Shown here: positions 38,311 through 50,950 of the stretch, piece by piece | Numbering within the stretch: the stretch's first letter is position 1 | Layout: each line of letters starts with the position of its first letter | Source: Callorhinchus milii | Taxonomy: Eukaryota | Assembly: GCF_018977255.1 (NCBI RefSeq) | Contig: NW_024704743.1 | Coordinates: 46,502,001-46,566,000 of the forward strand | Direction: 5' to 3' | DNA: 64,000 bases | Position numbers and translations under genes: made by a program | The notes under the pieces: generated by a model | Told to the model about the DNA's origin: nothing | The model's database searches: none | Seen by the model: only the letters and a program-made list of their open reading frames with translations

Positions 38311-41300
38311 ATAGAAGCCTCTCGTACTCTGGTCAAATCATGTCAGTTAAGTTATTATGGAGATTATATTATGAGATCAATAACCGATTAATTGGTTTTA
38401 TTTTTAAATTTGGATGAGGGAAGAATATTTGCGAGGATGCTAGACAACTCTTTGCTTTTCACAATAATAGTGCCATCAATTGTTTAACATCCACTTGAAC
38501 ATGCAGACAGGATGCCAGTTTAACATTTTATTTGAAGAACATTCCTCCAGTAATGAGGAGTTCCCTCAGCATAGTGACAGCCTGGATCATTGAGCTCACT
38601 GGGTGTCAAACTCCGAACCCTCAACCTCTGACCCAGAGGCACAGTGCTACCAACAGGTGCAAATTGACCTGCGCATTTAAAACATGGGAACAACTGCCAT
38701 CTCAATTACATTCTTTACCAAGATCTTAATACGTTCCATTCCAAATAAAACAAATCCCCATCTGAATAGAGCTATAACATCTACTTCAAGTGATCCTGTT
38801 TATTGTAACTAGTTTCTGGTTAGCTTAATGTACAGAGATTGATATGAGTAGTTGGTAAGGTAAAATCAAACTCAAACTAAGGTGAAAGGCTAAAGGCATA
38901 TTAAATTAGCTGTAGTGGAGTCTCATACATGGGAACTCCAATCAATCAACTGTGGAACACATTTCATTAGGCTGTTTAGATGAGCTCAAGGGCTGGCAGA
39001 ATTGTGGTGAATCCAGAAAATTATACATTAACAGAAATCCTTGGCTACTGCAATATAGATTTTTCTTTCAGTTTCAAGCAAAATATAGGAACTACCTCAG
39101 TTTAATATCCATTTCTTATTCCCAATGCCAATGACATTCTTTATCATATTTATTGTGTGTTGTTTCCATTGTGTGCCATAAGCTTTGAGCGCTAAGTGCT
39201 CTGAGAGGCCTGTATCAATATATAAACTATGCTGGAAGACATAATAATTAAATCTCTGTGAAACATATGAAAGAGTAATTTGCACTGGAGTAAAGGTTAG
39301 TGTGCACCTTGTAACTCAATGCATCCTGTGTGTTTAAAACCTCTGAATGGGATAAAAAGTGATTGATCGTTCCTGTCAGGAGTCATAAAGTTGGAGGAGC
39401 TTGAAACAGAACTTCAAAGAGTTTGTTGACTGACAGCATTTGATTCTTCTTTTGTTTTGATTTTTTGACTTCTGACACTCTAAACCTCTGCTGCACCCCA
39501 GAGGAATGCAGTTTCCAAGGGATACCCAGGTTCACAATACACTTGATTGAAAGAATAATCAAGGGCAACGGATGGATTTGAAATAAATTGGGATTGTGTT
39601 TTTAATATGAGGTTTACTGGTACATGGACATGCTGTTTCATTTATTAAGCTATTTATACGGAGGCCACGCAGTAGGTGGGCTACCCAAGAGTGCCTTTAT
39701 ATACTTATTCATGGACATAAGCTAATGGCAACTGGTGCACATTCTTCACATAGTTTTCAATCATTAATACTCTTAATATTGTGAGTTTGACTCAGTCATC
39801 ACTTTGTTACTTTTTTCTCAGAACATTTTATATTGTTGGAAGTAATTCATTATCCCTTCCAGCAATTTGGTGGGAAGGCTCACAATGTATAATTTCCACT
39901 CCCAATTGGAATTGAGGAGAGACACACTACTGTTTTTATAAATGTTATTAAAGAACCGGTCATTTGGGCCGCCCAAGAGCTTTTAAAGCTGCTAATTTTG
40001 AGTGGTGGCTAAATCGATTCGTACCGGCTGGATTTATACAGTAATGATGTGACTGCATCTATACAGTGACAATCCTACTGCATTTACCTGGAGATGGTCT
40101 GAATCAATGATGTGGCAAAATCAACTCCTTAAGATAGGCTCCATTGCAAATCAGCTTGACTCAAGCCTGCTTTATGTTCTCCAAAACACACTCTGGGGTC
40201 CACAAGTTTGGATTCTTGACAACCTGCACCTAATTCTCTCCCAGTATTAGGTGAGCAGAATATGTCCCTGCAGAAGAGAGTGCACATTCCATTTCCATGT
40301 GTAGGGAAGTTTCTATGTGTAGGTGCCATACATATGTGGAACTCTCAGTTTGGTTTGGATACTCTTAAAAATGGTGATGGGTTTCTACTTGTGTCGACCT
40401 AACAAAAAGGTGTTTTGTGATGATTCGGCATGAAAGCGTAGTATAAACCTTCCGAATGGAGAAGCAGTTATTTTTCAGTGTTTGTAGTATCAAGATTTCC
40501 TGAAAATGAAGAATTTGTTTAGCTAACTTTATTGATTTTGTACATTCAGAGCTTGAATCTTTGAAATATTTGTTGGGTTGAATACTATAAATCAAATGAC
40601 CAGCTGTCAGATTGCAATAAACCTATTTTCTCGCTGATTGAATTGTATCTTGTATTTTTCGAAGATGCAATCTTCTGCTTTAAAGATGTTTTTTATCAAC
40701 CATAAAAGATTTATCATGGTTGAGAAGAACAGTCTAATTTTCATTTTGTAGAGTTACACAGGGTGATAGACTGTTACTTACATATATCATGAAAACAGGC
40801 CATTCAGCCCAACTTGTCTGTGCCGACAATTCAATTTTATTTAATTGGGAAGAGTAATGTGTTTCGCACTCTGATAGACCAAGTACACTTAAGCAAAGAT
40901 TCTGTTACTGAAAATAGAGTGACAAATGTATTACCATAGAAGTAGCATTCGAGGCATTCCTGAAGTTTTCTTAGATTAGTGTCTTAATGATCGCCACAAT
41001 TAGCTGTTTCCAGCTAACATTCATAGCTTCACATTAAGCTTCCTGTCATGTTTGGTCAGGTGCGTTGTTTGACACAAGCAGGAAAGCCATCATCATTATT
41101 AAGAGGGAGAGTTCCACATATAGATGGAGATATCTCTATCTGGAATAGGATGTACACTCTCTACCCTGCTTGCCTAATTCTGAAGTGTTTTAGGTGCAGG
41201 TTGGCGAGAGCCAAGGCTTGGGAGTGTGCTGGAGTCCGATCATCTAAAACTGCATAGCTTACTATTGAAAGCACTGTCTTGCAAACTTCCAACTGCTTAC

Positions 41301-43714
41301 CTAGGACCATCATTAGGGCTTTAGTTTGCAGGGTTAACAGGAGGGAAATTGAAAAAATCACTCTTCCCAGTGACTGATCTCCTCCAAGTCCTGCTGATGC
41401 ACCATCCTGGCTGGTCTGCCATCAGCTGTGCCTTGGAGTACCAGAGCGGACCCATCTTGCTTAGGAACTGGACTACCAAGACCACTATAGAGGGATTGAT
41501 AAAATTCCAACAAGTGTGTCATCTTGTAACCAACTCAGCTCGAAGAGGACCCTGATTACCCCTCCCCGGTGTAATACACAGAGCGGCAATTAACAGTTTA
41601 CCAATGATCGGTTGTTTGGTCAGCATGCTCAATAATTACGTTACCCTATATACTATATTGGTACAATTATAAAGCCCAAGATTGTTCCTGGAATTTTGTT
41701 TCAAAGTGTAAGAGAAGCACTGACTTTCTGCCCTCTCAGACTCCAGCCTGACTAATAGCCTTTCAAATTAGCAGTCACCCTCAGTTGTTAGCTTTACGAA
41801 TTCCCGCTGCAGCTCTGGTGCCAGTTCCAGGTTCCTAAGTACAATGCACAATTATTTTTGGTGGTTTTTCCCCTGAAAGGCTAGAGTGGTGGTTTTACAA
41901 GAAATAATTTGGAACTATTCTCTTCACTTTTAATTCACCACAAAATGTAATTAGATCATTGTTTCATAAAGCAGAAAAGCCATTCTGTCATTTAATTACT
42001 GCCAGGATGCTTAAATGCCGTCTTCTGCTTAGAAGCCAATGTTTTCCAATTCAAAGTATTCTGTAGAATGTTCAAGATTTTGCATCTTTCAAAAAGCTCT
42101 TTAATGAGGCTTTGCATTTTAATGTGCAGCAATAGTTCCCAATTACTGAGATTTAACAAGCTTAAGAAAGGATCTTCCAAATATTGCAATTTATTTTACA
42201 CTCTAAATGCTCTCTCTGGAAAGACACTATTACATTGCGCTCTCATCACTCTTACGACTGATAAATGGTAATTGAGGCAGTAGGTTAAACTTGAAACATT
42301 TGTACAGATATGTAATTGAAGCTTTGCTAGTGTTCAGAAGCTTCTTTTATATTTTTCAGCCGACTCCCATTTTCTGATTTAATTTCCCCCAAAACTAAAC
42401 TATTCAGATATCTCATTGCCGCTTGTCCTGCACTTCAGATGCGGAAAGAAAATCTTTGGAGATATTGTTCAGAAAATGTAATCAATCACCTCCCTGACCC
42501 ATAATGCTATTGTAATCTTTTCCTAGACCCATATCTGTAAAATGCGGCATTGGTTCCATATAAACATTTTAAGAAACTGCTTTCTTTAAAGGACAAATGT
42601 GTGGTTTAAGGATATAATGGAGACTTTCTTCCTATTATTTGCCAATGCTGCTTCTACCCCATTCAGACATCAGCCCAAAGTCACTCTGACTCTTTCACTC
42701 CCTCCCCTCGTTCAAGGCACCCCTCAAAATGTGCGTTTTTGACCACATTTTTGGTCATCATTGCCCTCTCCATCCCCTCGGCTTCACCCTCTGCCCCCAT
42801 CCCCCACAGCTTGCATGCCCAGAAAATATTTATTGTCAGGAACTTTAAAACATCCTCCTGATGTTGAAGGGCTTAATAGTGGTGGAGCCTGATGCCGAGC
42901 CAGAGGGAGTAAGCAAAGAGGAAGGTTTTCAGGCGTGATCTGAAAAAAGGGAAAAGGAGAGGGCAAGGTAGAGGGTTTGAGGGAAAGTGTTCCAAAGTTT
43001 CAGGGCTTGTAAATGTAAATTGTAATTGTAATTCAATGTAGTTGGGGTTAGCACTCCGATTATTTATGGCTACAGATTCCTGATAATTGGGAGGTATGCT
43101 GAAAATGTGAGATAGAACAAGGACCAAGGAATATTCTGCGCTGACACCTGTCTTTTTAAAATACAATAATAACAACTTGTGTTCACATAGCTAGCGCCTT
43201 TCATGTAGGATTCATCTCAGAGCACTGCAAAATACCTTCTTGAACCATCTGCTGAGAGGTGAGACTTTCTGCTGTTGTCTCCACATCCAAAGTGTCTTGA
43301 TTGTGAACTTCCAGCCTCCTCAAGTTTTGGTGCTGTATTTTACTTAGTGTGGAGTAACCCATCCCCGATCTGTTTTTATTTATTGTGGATTGTATATATT
43401 GTGTATTTTTTCCAATGTCTCACGCCTATGTGATCCGTTTCAAACTGAATTAAATTGAAGCCTTACTGGGAGTTATTCTGCTCCATTTCATAAAGTGCAC
43501 AAATCTTTGGATTTGTGCAAAATCCAACATCAAAAGATTTGATAGAACAAACAGATATAAAATCGAGATAACGACAAAGATTTTTAATGATGTTATTATG
43601 GCACTGTGTGTGTGTGTGTTCTTTGTTCAAGCCCTGTTGATGTGATTCTGGAATTAATGAATGCTCTTGTTTGACCTTCAGGGATTCATGTGAAATTTTC
43701 TTATTGTCTTACAG

Positions 43715-43872
43715 CAGCAAGAACAGGACCCAACAAACCTGTACATCTCAAATTTGCCTATTTCCATGGACGAGCAGGAACTGGAGAACATGCTGAAACC
43801 CTTTGGCCATGTGATCTCCACAAGGATATTAAGAGATGCGAATGGTGTAAGCCGAGGGGTGGGATTTGCCAG
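43715..43872 (+). CDS. RBMS3: Internal coding exon (158 nt) of RNA-binding motif single-stranded-interacting protein 3, start of RRM2
   Basis: Acceptor ttttcttattgtcttacag, donor AG|gtgagg. Translates [52 protein letters not shown](R), with RNP2 LYISNL and RNP1 RGVGFAR. Residues ISMD, FGHV and DANGVS fit RBMS3 rather than RBMS1/2 as I recall them. Confidence 0.95.
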
Positions 43873-44778
43873 GTGAGGGACATTGGCCTTTTCGTTTGTG
43901 AAGTAATTTTAACAGATAAAGGATTCAACAAACAGACACGCTCATGCATAAAAAAAGATTAACAGTTATTGATATGTTCCCCGTCAGCTGCTACATTGAT
44001 GCTCTCCTTCCCACCTAAAGGGCATCACTGCTGCAGCACTGAGCTGATACACTTCAGTTAGTATTATAATGAGATGGAAAGAGTCATTTGAAACATTTAT
44101 TGATTTGTTCTATTGCTGGAAGGGTTGCAGCTACTATACAATGGCACCTCGCATATATCAAGGCTTGAGCATTCATGTTAGTCCAGGCACTGGACCTGAA
44201 GTTACATGGACTTATAGACTTAAAATGAGAATGGGATGGATTCCTGAAATTGAGCCCCTCTCCACCCCCATCAGGTAAAGACAAGGACACATTTACCTTT
44301 AAATTGCAGGTTGTGCTAAACATATGTAAATGCACGTGTAAAGAGGGAATTGCTAGTACTGTAATTATGATATTAAAAATGAGTATAAAGAATAACAGAA
44401 TTGTTGGGTCGTTAATTATATAATTACGGGCAAGTTTAAATTTGTAATGCATAGAACTTGTAAAAATTTACAAAACAGAAGGCCATTTGATCTAGCATTC
44501 CCATGCTGTCTCTTTGAAAGAGCAATTCATTCAGTCCCATTTACTTGCCTTTTCCCTCAAACCATACAAATTATTCCTTTTTAGTTATCTATCCTGTTCC
44601 CTCTTGATACTAATACAATTTCTGCCTTGACCACCACAAGTGGCAGGGCATTCCCCATTCTAACAACTCGCCATGTAAACAAAATTCCTCCAAATCTCCT
44701 GCTTTGCTCCCTTGGTGATTATCTTAAATTGATGGCCTCTAGTCACTAACTCACATGGTTAGCACAAATCAAACCTCA

Positions 44779-45092
44779 TGTGGAGTCCCGTAGCTCAGTG
44801 GTTAGAGCACTCGCCTCGCAAGCGAGAGACCTGGGTTCGATTCCCGACAAGGTGAAACTTTTGGCAAGTTTCTTTACTCCACATGCCTGATAATAATCCA
44901 TCAAGAAAAAAAACAATAAATTGGTCACTTCAACCCTCAACTGTTTGTGGGATACTGTTATGCGCAATTGGCTGCCGCATTTCGCCCACAAATATAGTCA
45001 ATTCACTTTACAGTATATTCTGTGAAGCGCTTTGAGACGTTTAGAAGATGTGAAAAGCGCTAAATCAAATGCAAATATTCTTATTATTATTG
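44779..45092 (+). mobile_element. tRNA-Ala SINE, short subtype, CGC anticodon variant
   Basis: ctcgc-ctcgcaa-gcgag, gggttcgattccc. Confidence 0.9.
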
Positions 45093-45361
45093 TTGTGTCC
45101 AATGGACCACTGTTGCTCAGACATATACTGTACTCTGGAAACATGAAATGTATGCCCTTTAATTTTACAAGAACACTACTTGAAATTCAATGCTATTTAA
45201 AACTAAGCCCTCCTAAAGTTGCCCTGGTAATGGAATCTTTATGGTGGGCATTAAAGAGAAGCACATACTCAAAAGGAATTTTGCAGCTCTACATTTGTGG
45301 AATATAGTATTTATAAACAAACTCATCTTGTCAAACCTAATGTTGTTAAAGTGAAATAAAT

Positions 45362-45679
45362 TGTGGAGTCCTGTAGCTCAGTGGTTAGAGCACTCGCTTT
45401 GCAAGCGAGAGACCTGAGTTCAATTCCAGGCAGGGCGAAACCTTGGGCAAGTTTCCTTACTCCACACGCCTAATAATAATCCCTCCAAAACCAAAAACAA
45501 TAATAAATTGGTCATTTTCAATCTACGACTGTTTGTGGGACATTGCTGTGCGCAATTGGCTGTCGGGTTCGCCCACATATATACAGTCAATTCATTTTAC
45601 AGTGTGTTCTGTGAAGCGCTTTGGGACGTCCTCCCGACGTGAAAAGCGCTATATCAAATGCAAGGATTATTATTATTAT
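45362..45679 (+). mobile_element. Full-length tRNA-Ala-derived SINE, short subtype (~315 bp)
   Basis: A-box tagctcagtgg, anticodon arm ctcgc-tttgcaa-gcgag, B-box gagttcaattcc, L2-like 3' end and (ATT)n tail. Confidence 0.93.
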
Positions 45680-46691
45680 AAAGGATACATTTTGGGTCAT
45701 TGTGCCTACACTTAAATGGTAGAGGTTAGAGCAGTCGCCTCACAAGCAATAGTAACCCGGGTTTGATTCCCGGACAAGGCAAAATCCTAGGCAAGTTTCC
45801 TCACTCCACCTGTCTCTGTTTACCTTGTGTTAAGTATATATTAATATATTTTACAATATATTCTGTGAAGCGCTTTGAGGTGTCTCAACGATAAGGCACT
45901 ATATCAAATGCAAAGATTATTATTATTAAATTGGCTATCTTTGAAATTTCAGTTCTTCTCTCCAACTGTCCCCAACACAAGAATTATAAATTTAAGAAAT
46001 AGATAATGCTTGTTCCTAATATTTTCAATAATTTTACCCACCACATTAAAGTGTTTTTGCACTAAAAACACTTTAATGGGGTGGACACAGTCTGCAAGGC
46101 GTCAATTACACCACTGTTGCATATGTAGCATCTTTGTATGAAGGTGTAGACCATTTATGCAGGAGCCCTGTTCACGTCTGAGCCACCAAATACATTGATT
46201 GGTCTATCACTAATATGGCTTTTCTATGTCAAAGAGCAACACCTGTGTGATTAATGAATCGTGTGCATCTTTAACTTTCATCATCAATGTATTTTGCAAT
46301 CCTGCCTATTCCTTTTTTAAGTGTCACATACTATGGTGGGAAGGATGCCAAATGGCATCTTTGTTAATGAATGAATTACATTTTTCTTATATTACATGAT
46401 GTTTCTTCATCAGACTTGCCTTATTGCTTGTAGATAGAATAGTGCTAAGGTGATTGTCTGCTTGTCAGTAAAGCTACAAATCCTATGGGATGATCTTGTA
46501 ATCTTATTATATTTTAAGCACCTGACTGAACATCAGTAAATACAGAGGAACCTCATTATAATCGGCTCATTTGGCTCCAGGAGCTCAGAAGCCATGTTAC
46601 AAGCAAAGTATAAAACAAGGTGGCTAACTTCCAAGTTGTCCTATCACCTTCAGAAATTACATCAATGCACTTCCTGTGTTTCGTGCACATA

Positions 46692-47100
46692 ATAATAATA
46701 ACAAAAATAATCCTTGCATTTGATATAGCATCTTATCACATCATTGAAACACGGCAGCCAATTGCGCACAGCGATGACCCATAAACAGTCGTGGATTGAG
46801 TTACCAAATTATTATAATTCGTAATATTTAAATTGCAGGAGTGTTAAGCAAGTTTCTTTACTCCACATGACTCTGTTTACCCAGCAGGAAGTAGAAACCC
46901 GGTTGTTAGCCGATTGGAGGTCGCTTTTCTGGGGGTAGTAATTCCTCTAAAAAAATTATAATTTGATCACTCAATTGGCTGCCGCGTTTTGCCCACAAAA
47001 TATACAGTCAATTCACTTTGCAGTATATTTTGTGAAGTGGTTTGAGATGTCTCAAAGACGTGATACAGCGCTATATCAATTGCAAGGATTATTATTATTA
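46692..47100. mobile_element. Two partial SINEs in opposite orientation (46692-46815 minus, ~46840-47100 plus)
   Basis: SINE tails point outward at both ends. Confidence 0.8.
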
Positions 47101-48393
47101 GAACTCAGTACAACAACAACAGCACCCTTTAAATGCGGGTTTTGAATTTTCTCTTTGAGTCTTTGACCTTGTCACAAACTTAGGTCTCGAGATACAGACC
47201 CAAAATACTGCTTTAGTTTTCGGAAGCCTGTAGCAGGCAATATTAACGCTTTCAGGATTTCATAGTACTTTTAAAGCTAATTGTTCTAATCAGTTTAGGA
47301 GTCACTGCAGTTACTGATGGCTGACCTTGTTGGAGATGCGATGTGATGATTTAATAGAAAGAACCATAAGTAGTAAAAAGTTACACCCTTGCAGAATTGT
47401 ATCAGCAGCGATTGCACCAGTTTCAGATGATCTGACTACGGTACTTGGTACTGAACCCAGACTCAATTTCCTTCATTTCATCAAACTTGTCAGTTTGGAA
47501 CATACAATCAATCACCAGGCTCCAGATACAGTCAAGCTGCTGATGTAGCAAAAACTGTTATGGACAATCGAGATTTCACTAGACAAAATATCCGACTGTA
47601 TTTAGAACACAGACTGATAGGACCGAGCAAAAGATCTCCTGTATTTCCCGCTTTCTATAACATTCAGTTGAAAAGATGTCCGTCAACCTGCCCAGTTATG
47701 TAATGGCTGGCTCCCATGAATTTCAGGCACACAGAGGATGAAAGGTCCACTTGTGGTAACTGAAAACCACGTGAAGAGAGAAACGTAAACAGCTTTCCAT
47801 TCTCCTTGCTGGCTGCTCGGTCAGGGATGATAAATTTTCACTTGATTTCCAGCCAAGCGTGTGCCAGATTACTGATAACGTGTGCTAGAGTTTCACATCA
47901 GCTAATTGAGAAACTCTAGTAGAAAATGAGCACATTCTTTACACAGCTGCAATTCACTGAGCACAGATCATCCCTTAACAGGCAGTTTGTTAGAAGAGCT
48001 TATGTGGGCTAAATCTTTCTTAAACGTTTGTCAGACATTAATTGCAATGGATGATTCTTTTTCCTGCTACACCTCAGTTCACAATATCCTGACAGCAAGT
48101 AGCTAACATTTTTAAAAAGGGTCACATTTTTTCAGGTTTATTTTTTCCCCATGCAACTCTCCAATTCTGCTTCATCCCATCACTCCTCTTTGGGCCACAA
48201 TCCTAGAAAGTGATGGGACAGGCTCGATGGGCTGAATGGCCTACTCCTGTTCCTATATTCCTATGTTTCTTTGTTCTTTCAAATGAAAGGACTGGAGACC
48301 TGGCAATCAGCTCCAATGAATAATATTGACATGTACAAGCTTCCATAATACAATTGGCCTTTCCAGTTATTAATTGTAACCAAAAATGAGATT

Positions 48394-48900
48394 ATGACGT
48401 TGACTGATTTTCCTATGCGACGAACTGGCGTTCCTATGACACTGATTGCCATTGCCTTGATACTAACTGGCATTTCTGTGACACTGACTGGAATTTCTGT
48501 GATACTGACAGGCTTTCCCTTGACACTGACTACCAATTTATGTCAGTGACTGATATTCCTGTGTCATGACTGGTGTTCTTGTAACATTGACTAACGTGGC
48601 TATGACATTCAATGCTATTCATGTAATCCACATAATCATTATGTCCAGGCTAGATCCCTTCGGCTCACCCTTTCCCTGGCCTCCTTCAAGGTCCAACTCA
48701 AGACCTTCCTCTTTGACCACACTTCCAGCTATCTTTCCCCCATTACCCACTTGCCCCCCATCCCAGCTCAGGTGCAATCGTTGGACTATCCAGCGCCTTG
48801 GAAAATCCTCCTGATGTAAAATGCGTAATATAAATATAAATTCCTGTGACACTGACTGACATTCCTATTGGCAGTGACTGGTGTTCTTGTGACTGATGTT
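48394..48900. repeat. Degenerate 21-bp minisatellite (consensus ~tgacactgactggcattcctg) interrupted by an L2 tail fragment at ~48640-48840
   Basis: About 11 units before and about 3 after the insertion; gives the heptad-periodic spurious ORF PVSITEI/PVSVTEM. Confidence 0.85.
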
Positions 48901-49059
48901 AATACTACAGCCCTTGTCTACCCAGTCTTCTTAACTCAAAGATGGCACTTGTTCCTGAAAAATGTTAATTTTGCACTAAGATGCTCTAGTTAAGTGCTCA
49001 CAAACAGTTGTACTTTATTCACATTCCCAATAATTTAAAGATTTTCGATTCTTCTCTTC

Positions 49060-49630
49060 TTTTTGTATTTAAATTTTTTCATTCTTCATCTGTCTTTGAT
49101 ACTTACTTTCAAGCCTGTTTTTTCTCTAATCTCATTCCAATGCATCAATGCCTTTTTGAATGTAGGGTGCCAAAAATTGGTTATGATAGTTTTAATCTGA
49201 CCCCAATAGTGATCCATGTAATGTTAAAACTTATTTTGACAAAATTTCATTCTCCCAATATGCAGCCTAATACTTGGCTGGTCTTTCTTAATGAAACAAT
49301 AGCAACTTGCATGTATATAGTGCCCTTCACGCAGTATAGGGTCTCAGAATGCTGCACAACAGTGGGGTAGGTCGCTGAGCAAGGGAGAAGAGGGGAGGTG
49401 ACCATAGACATGGTTTTTAAGTAGGATTTAAAGATAGATAAAGAGGGCGAGATTGAGGCAGGGAGATCTGAGGCTAGGGGTGTAGTGGCCAATGGTGGTG
49501 CAGAGGGGTCAGGAGACACAGGCCTGGATGAAAGTTTAAAATTGACTGGATACTGTACTTTCAATGAATTGTCAGTAATCACAACCAAATCCTTTTCTTT
49601 TGAAGTCTTTGCTAACGACATCAATTCATT
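49060..49630 (-). mobile_element. Old CR1-type RT fragment split by an L2 tail (~49298-49530)
   Basis: KEKDLVVITDNSLK ... KTSQVLGCI ... QFLAPYIQKGIDALE. Confidence 0.7.
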
Positions 49631-49717
49631 AGGTATAAATCCCTTGTGTGTGAAGTGGGATGGACTGGAGTTGCCGGGTTGGGGAAGGTACTCCATCAGA
49701 GGCAACCTGCTTCAACC

Positions 49718-50034
49718 TGGAGTCCTTCAGCTCAGTGGTTAGAGCACTCGCTTTGCAAGTGAGAGACCTGAGTTCAATTCCAGGCAGAGGGTGAAACCTT
49801 GGGCAAGTTTCCTTACTTCACATGCCTAATAATAATCCCTCCAAAACCAAAAACAATAATAAATTGGTCATTTCAATCCATGACTGTTTGTGGGACATTG
49901 CTGTGCGCAATTGGCTGCCGCGTTCGCCCACAAATATACAGTCAATTCACTTTACAGTATATTCTGTGAAGCACTTTGGGACGTCCTCCCGACATGAAAA
50001 GCGCTATATCAAATGCAAGGATTATTATTATTAT
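49718..50034 (+). mobile_element. tRNA-Ala SINE, short subtype
   Basis: Same head, body and tail. Confidence 0.92.
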
Positions 50035-50167
50035 TTAGTTTCATGGATTTCATAGGAATTTAGCAACAAGATGTCAATGGGCCTATTGACCCTGTTCCGC
50101 TGGTAGCGAATTCCATAGACGAATGCACTTCTACCTCTCCTAATCCCACTTCCCTGATTTCTCACTA

Positions 50168-50590
50168 CAATAATAAAAACAATAATAATAATAATCCTTG
50201 CATTTGATATAGCGCTTTTCACGTCGGGAGGGTATCTCAAAACACTTCAGAGGATGTCCTGTAATGAGTGAATTTTGTAGGTGAACATGGCAGCCAGTTT
50301 GTGCACAGCAATGTCCCACAAATAGCTGTGACCAATTTTATTTTGGGGGAATTGTTGGCCAAGGAATCAAGAGAAATTCCCTTCTCTTTTCGAGACGTGC
50401 CATGGGATCTTAAACATTCACCTGAATAGGCAGATATGACCTGAGTTTAACATGTCATCTAAAGGACAGCACCTCCAATAATGCAGCACACCCCCAGCAC
50501 TGTATATGACTTCAAAAGCCAGGCATGTGGCCTAAACCTAGAATCTTCAGACTCAGAGGAGAGAGTGCTACCAACTGAGCTAGGCTGCCA
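50168..50590 (-). mobile_element. Deu-type SINE, near full length
   Basis: gtgccatgggatcttaaacattcacctgaa...gagagtgctaccaactgagc. Confidence 0.78.
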
Positions 50591-50870
50591 CACCTTGAAC
50601 ATTTCTAACTTCTGATTCCCAAGTATCTATCTGTACTTATAACAGAGTGACTTTGGTTGTGATTGCAGAGCTAGGACAGAACACGCTTCTTGATTGTCTG
50701 TCATCAAGAACCTCACCTATCTGTAGCTTCAACATGAAAGGCGTTGTCAAATATCAGTCAATCAGTATGAAAGAGAGAGTGTACAAAGGAAAGTGCAATG
50801 TGTTTGTGTCACAACTGTCGGGCAATGTATTACATGGTTCTGACATAATTCCTGTCTCTTGTCTACCTAG

Positions 50871-50950
50871 AATGGAGTCCACTGAGAAATGTGAAGTAGT
50901 AATTCAGCATTTTAATGGGAAATATCTGAAAATGCCACCAGGCGTACCAG
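50871..50950 (+). CDS. RBMS3: Next coding exon (80 nt) of RBMS3, end of RRM2
   Basis: Acceptor cctgtctcttgtctacctag, donor CAG|gtaaga. The phase-2 junction joins exactly to the previous exon (AG|A = Arg). Translates (R)MESTEKCEVVIQHFNGKYLKMPPGVP. Confidence 0.95.

Larger units (their letters stand above)
43873..50870 (+). other. RBMS3: GT-AG intron (~7.0 kb) between the two RBMS3 exons
   Basis: Bounded by canonical splice sites with compatible phase. Confidence 0.9.

Noticed and set aside
1..43714. Upstream RRM1 exons of RBMS3 (GYGFVDFD...AQMAK)
   Set aside because: Not found by reading; probably upstream of the window, though a manual miss cannot be excluded
43690..43962. 90-aa ORF overlapping the exon
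   Set aside because: Alternative frame of the RBMS3 exon, with no recognisable protein
45366..45437. tRNA-Ala genes at this and similar loci
   Set aside because: Each cloverleaf runs directly into the same ~240-bp body and (ATT)n tail, so these are SINE heads
48394..48900. Regular short repeats as a CRISPR array
   Set aside because: Units abut with no unique spacers, are degenerate, and there are no cas genes; vertebrate intron context
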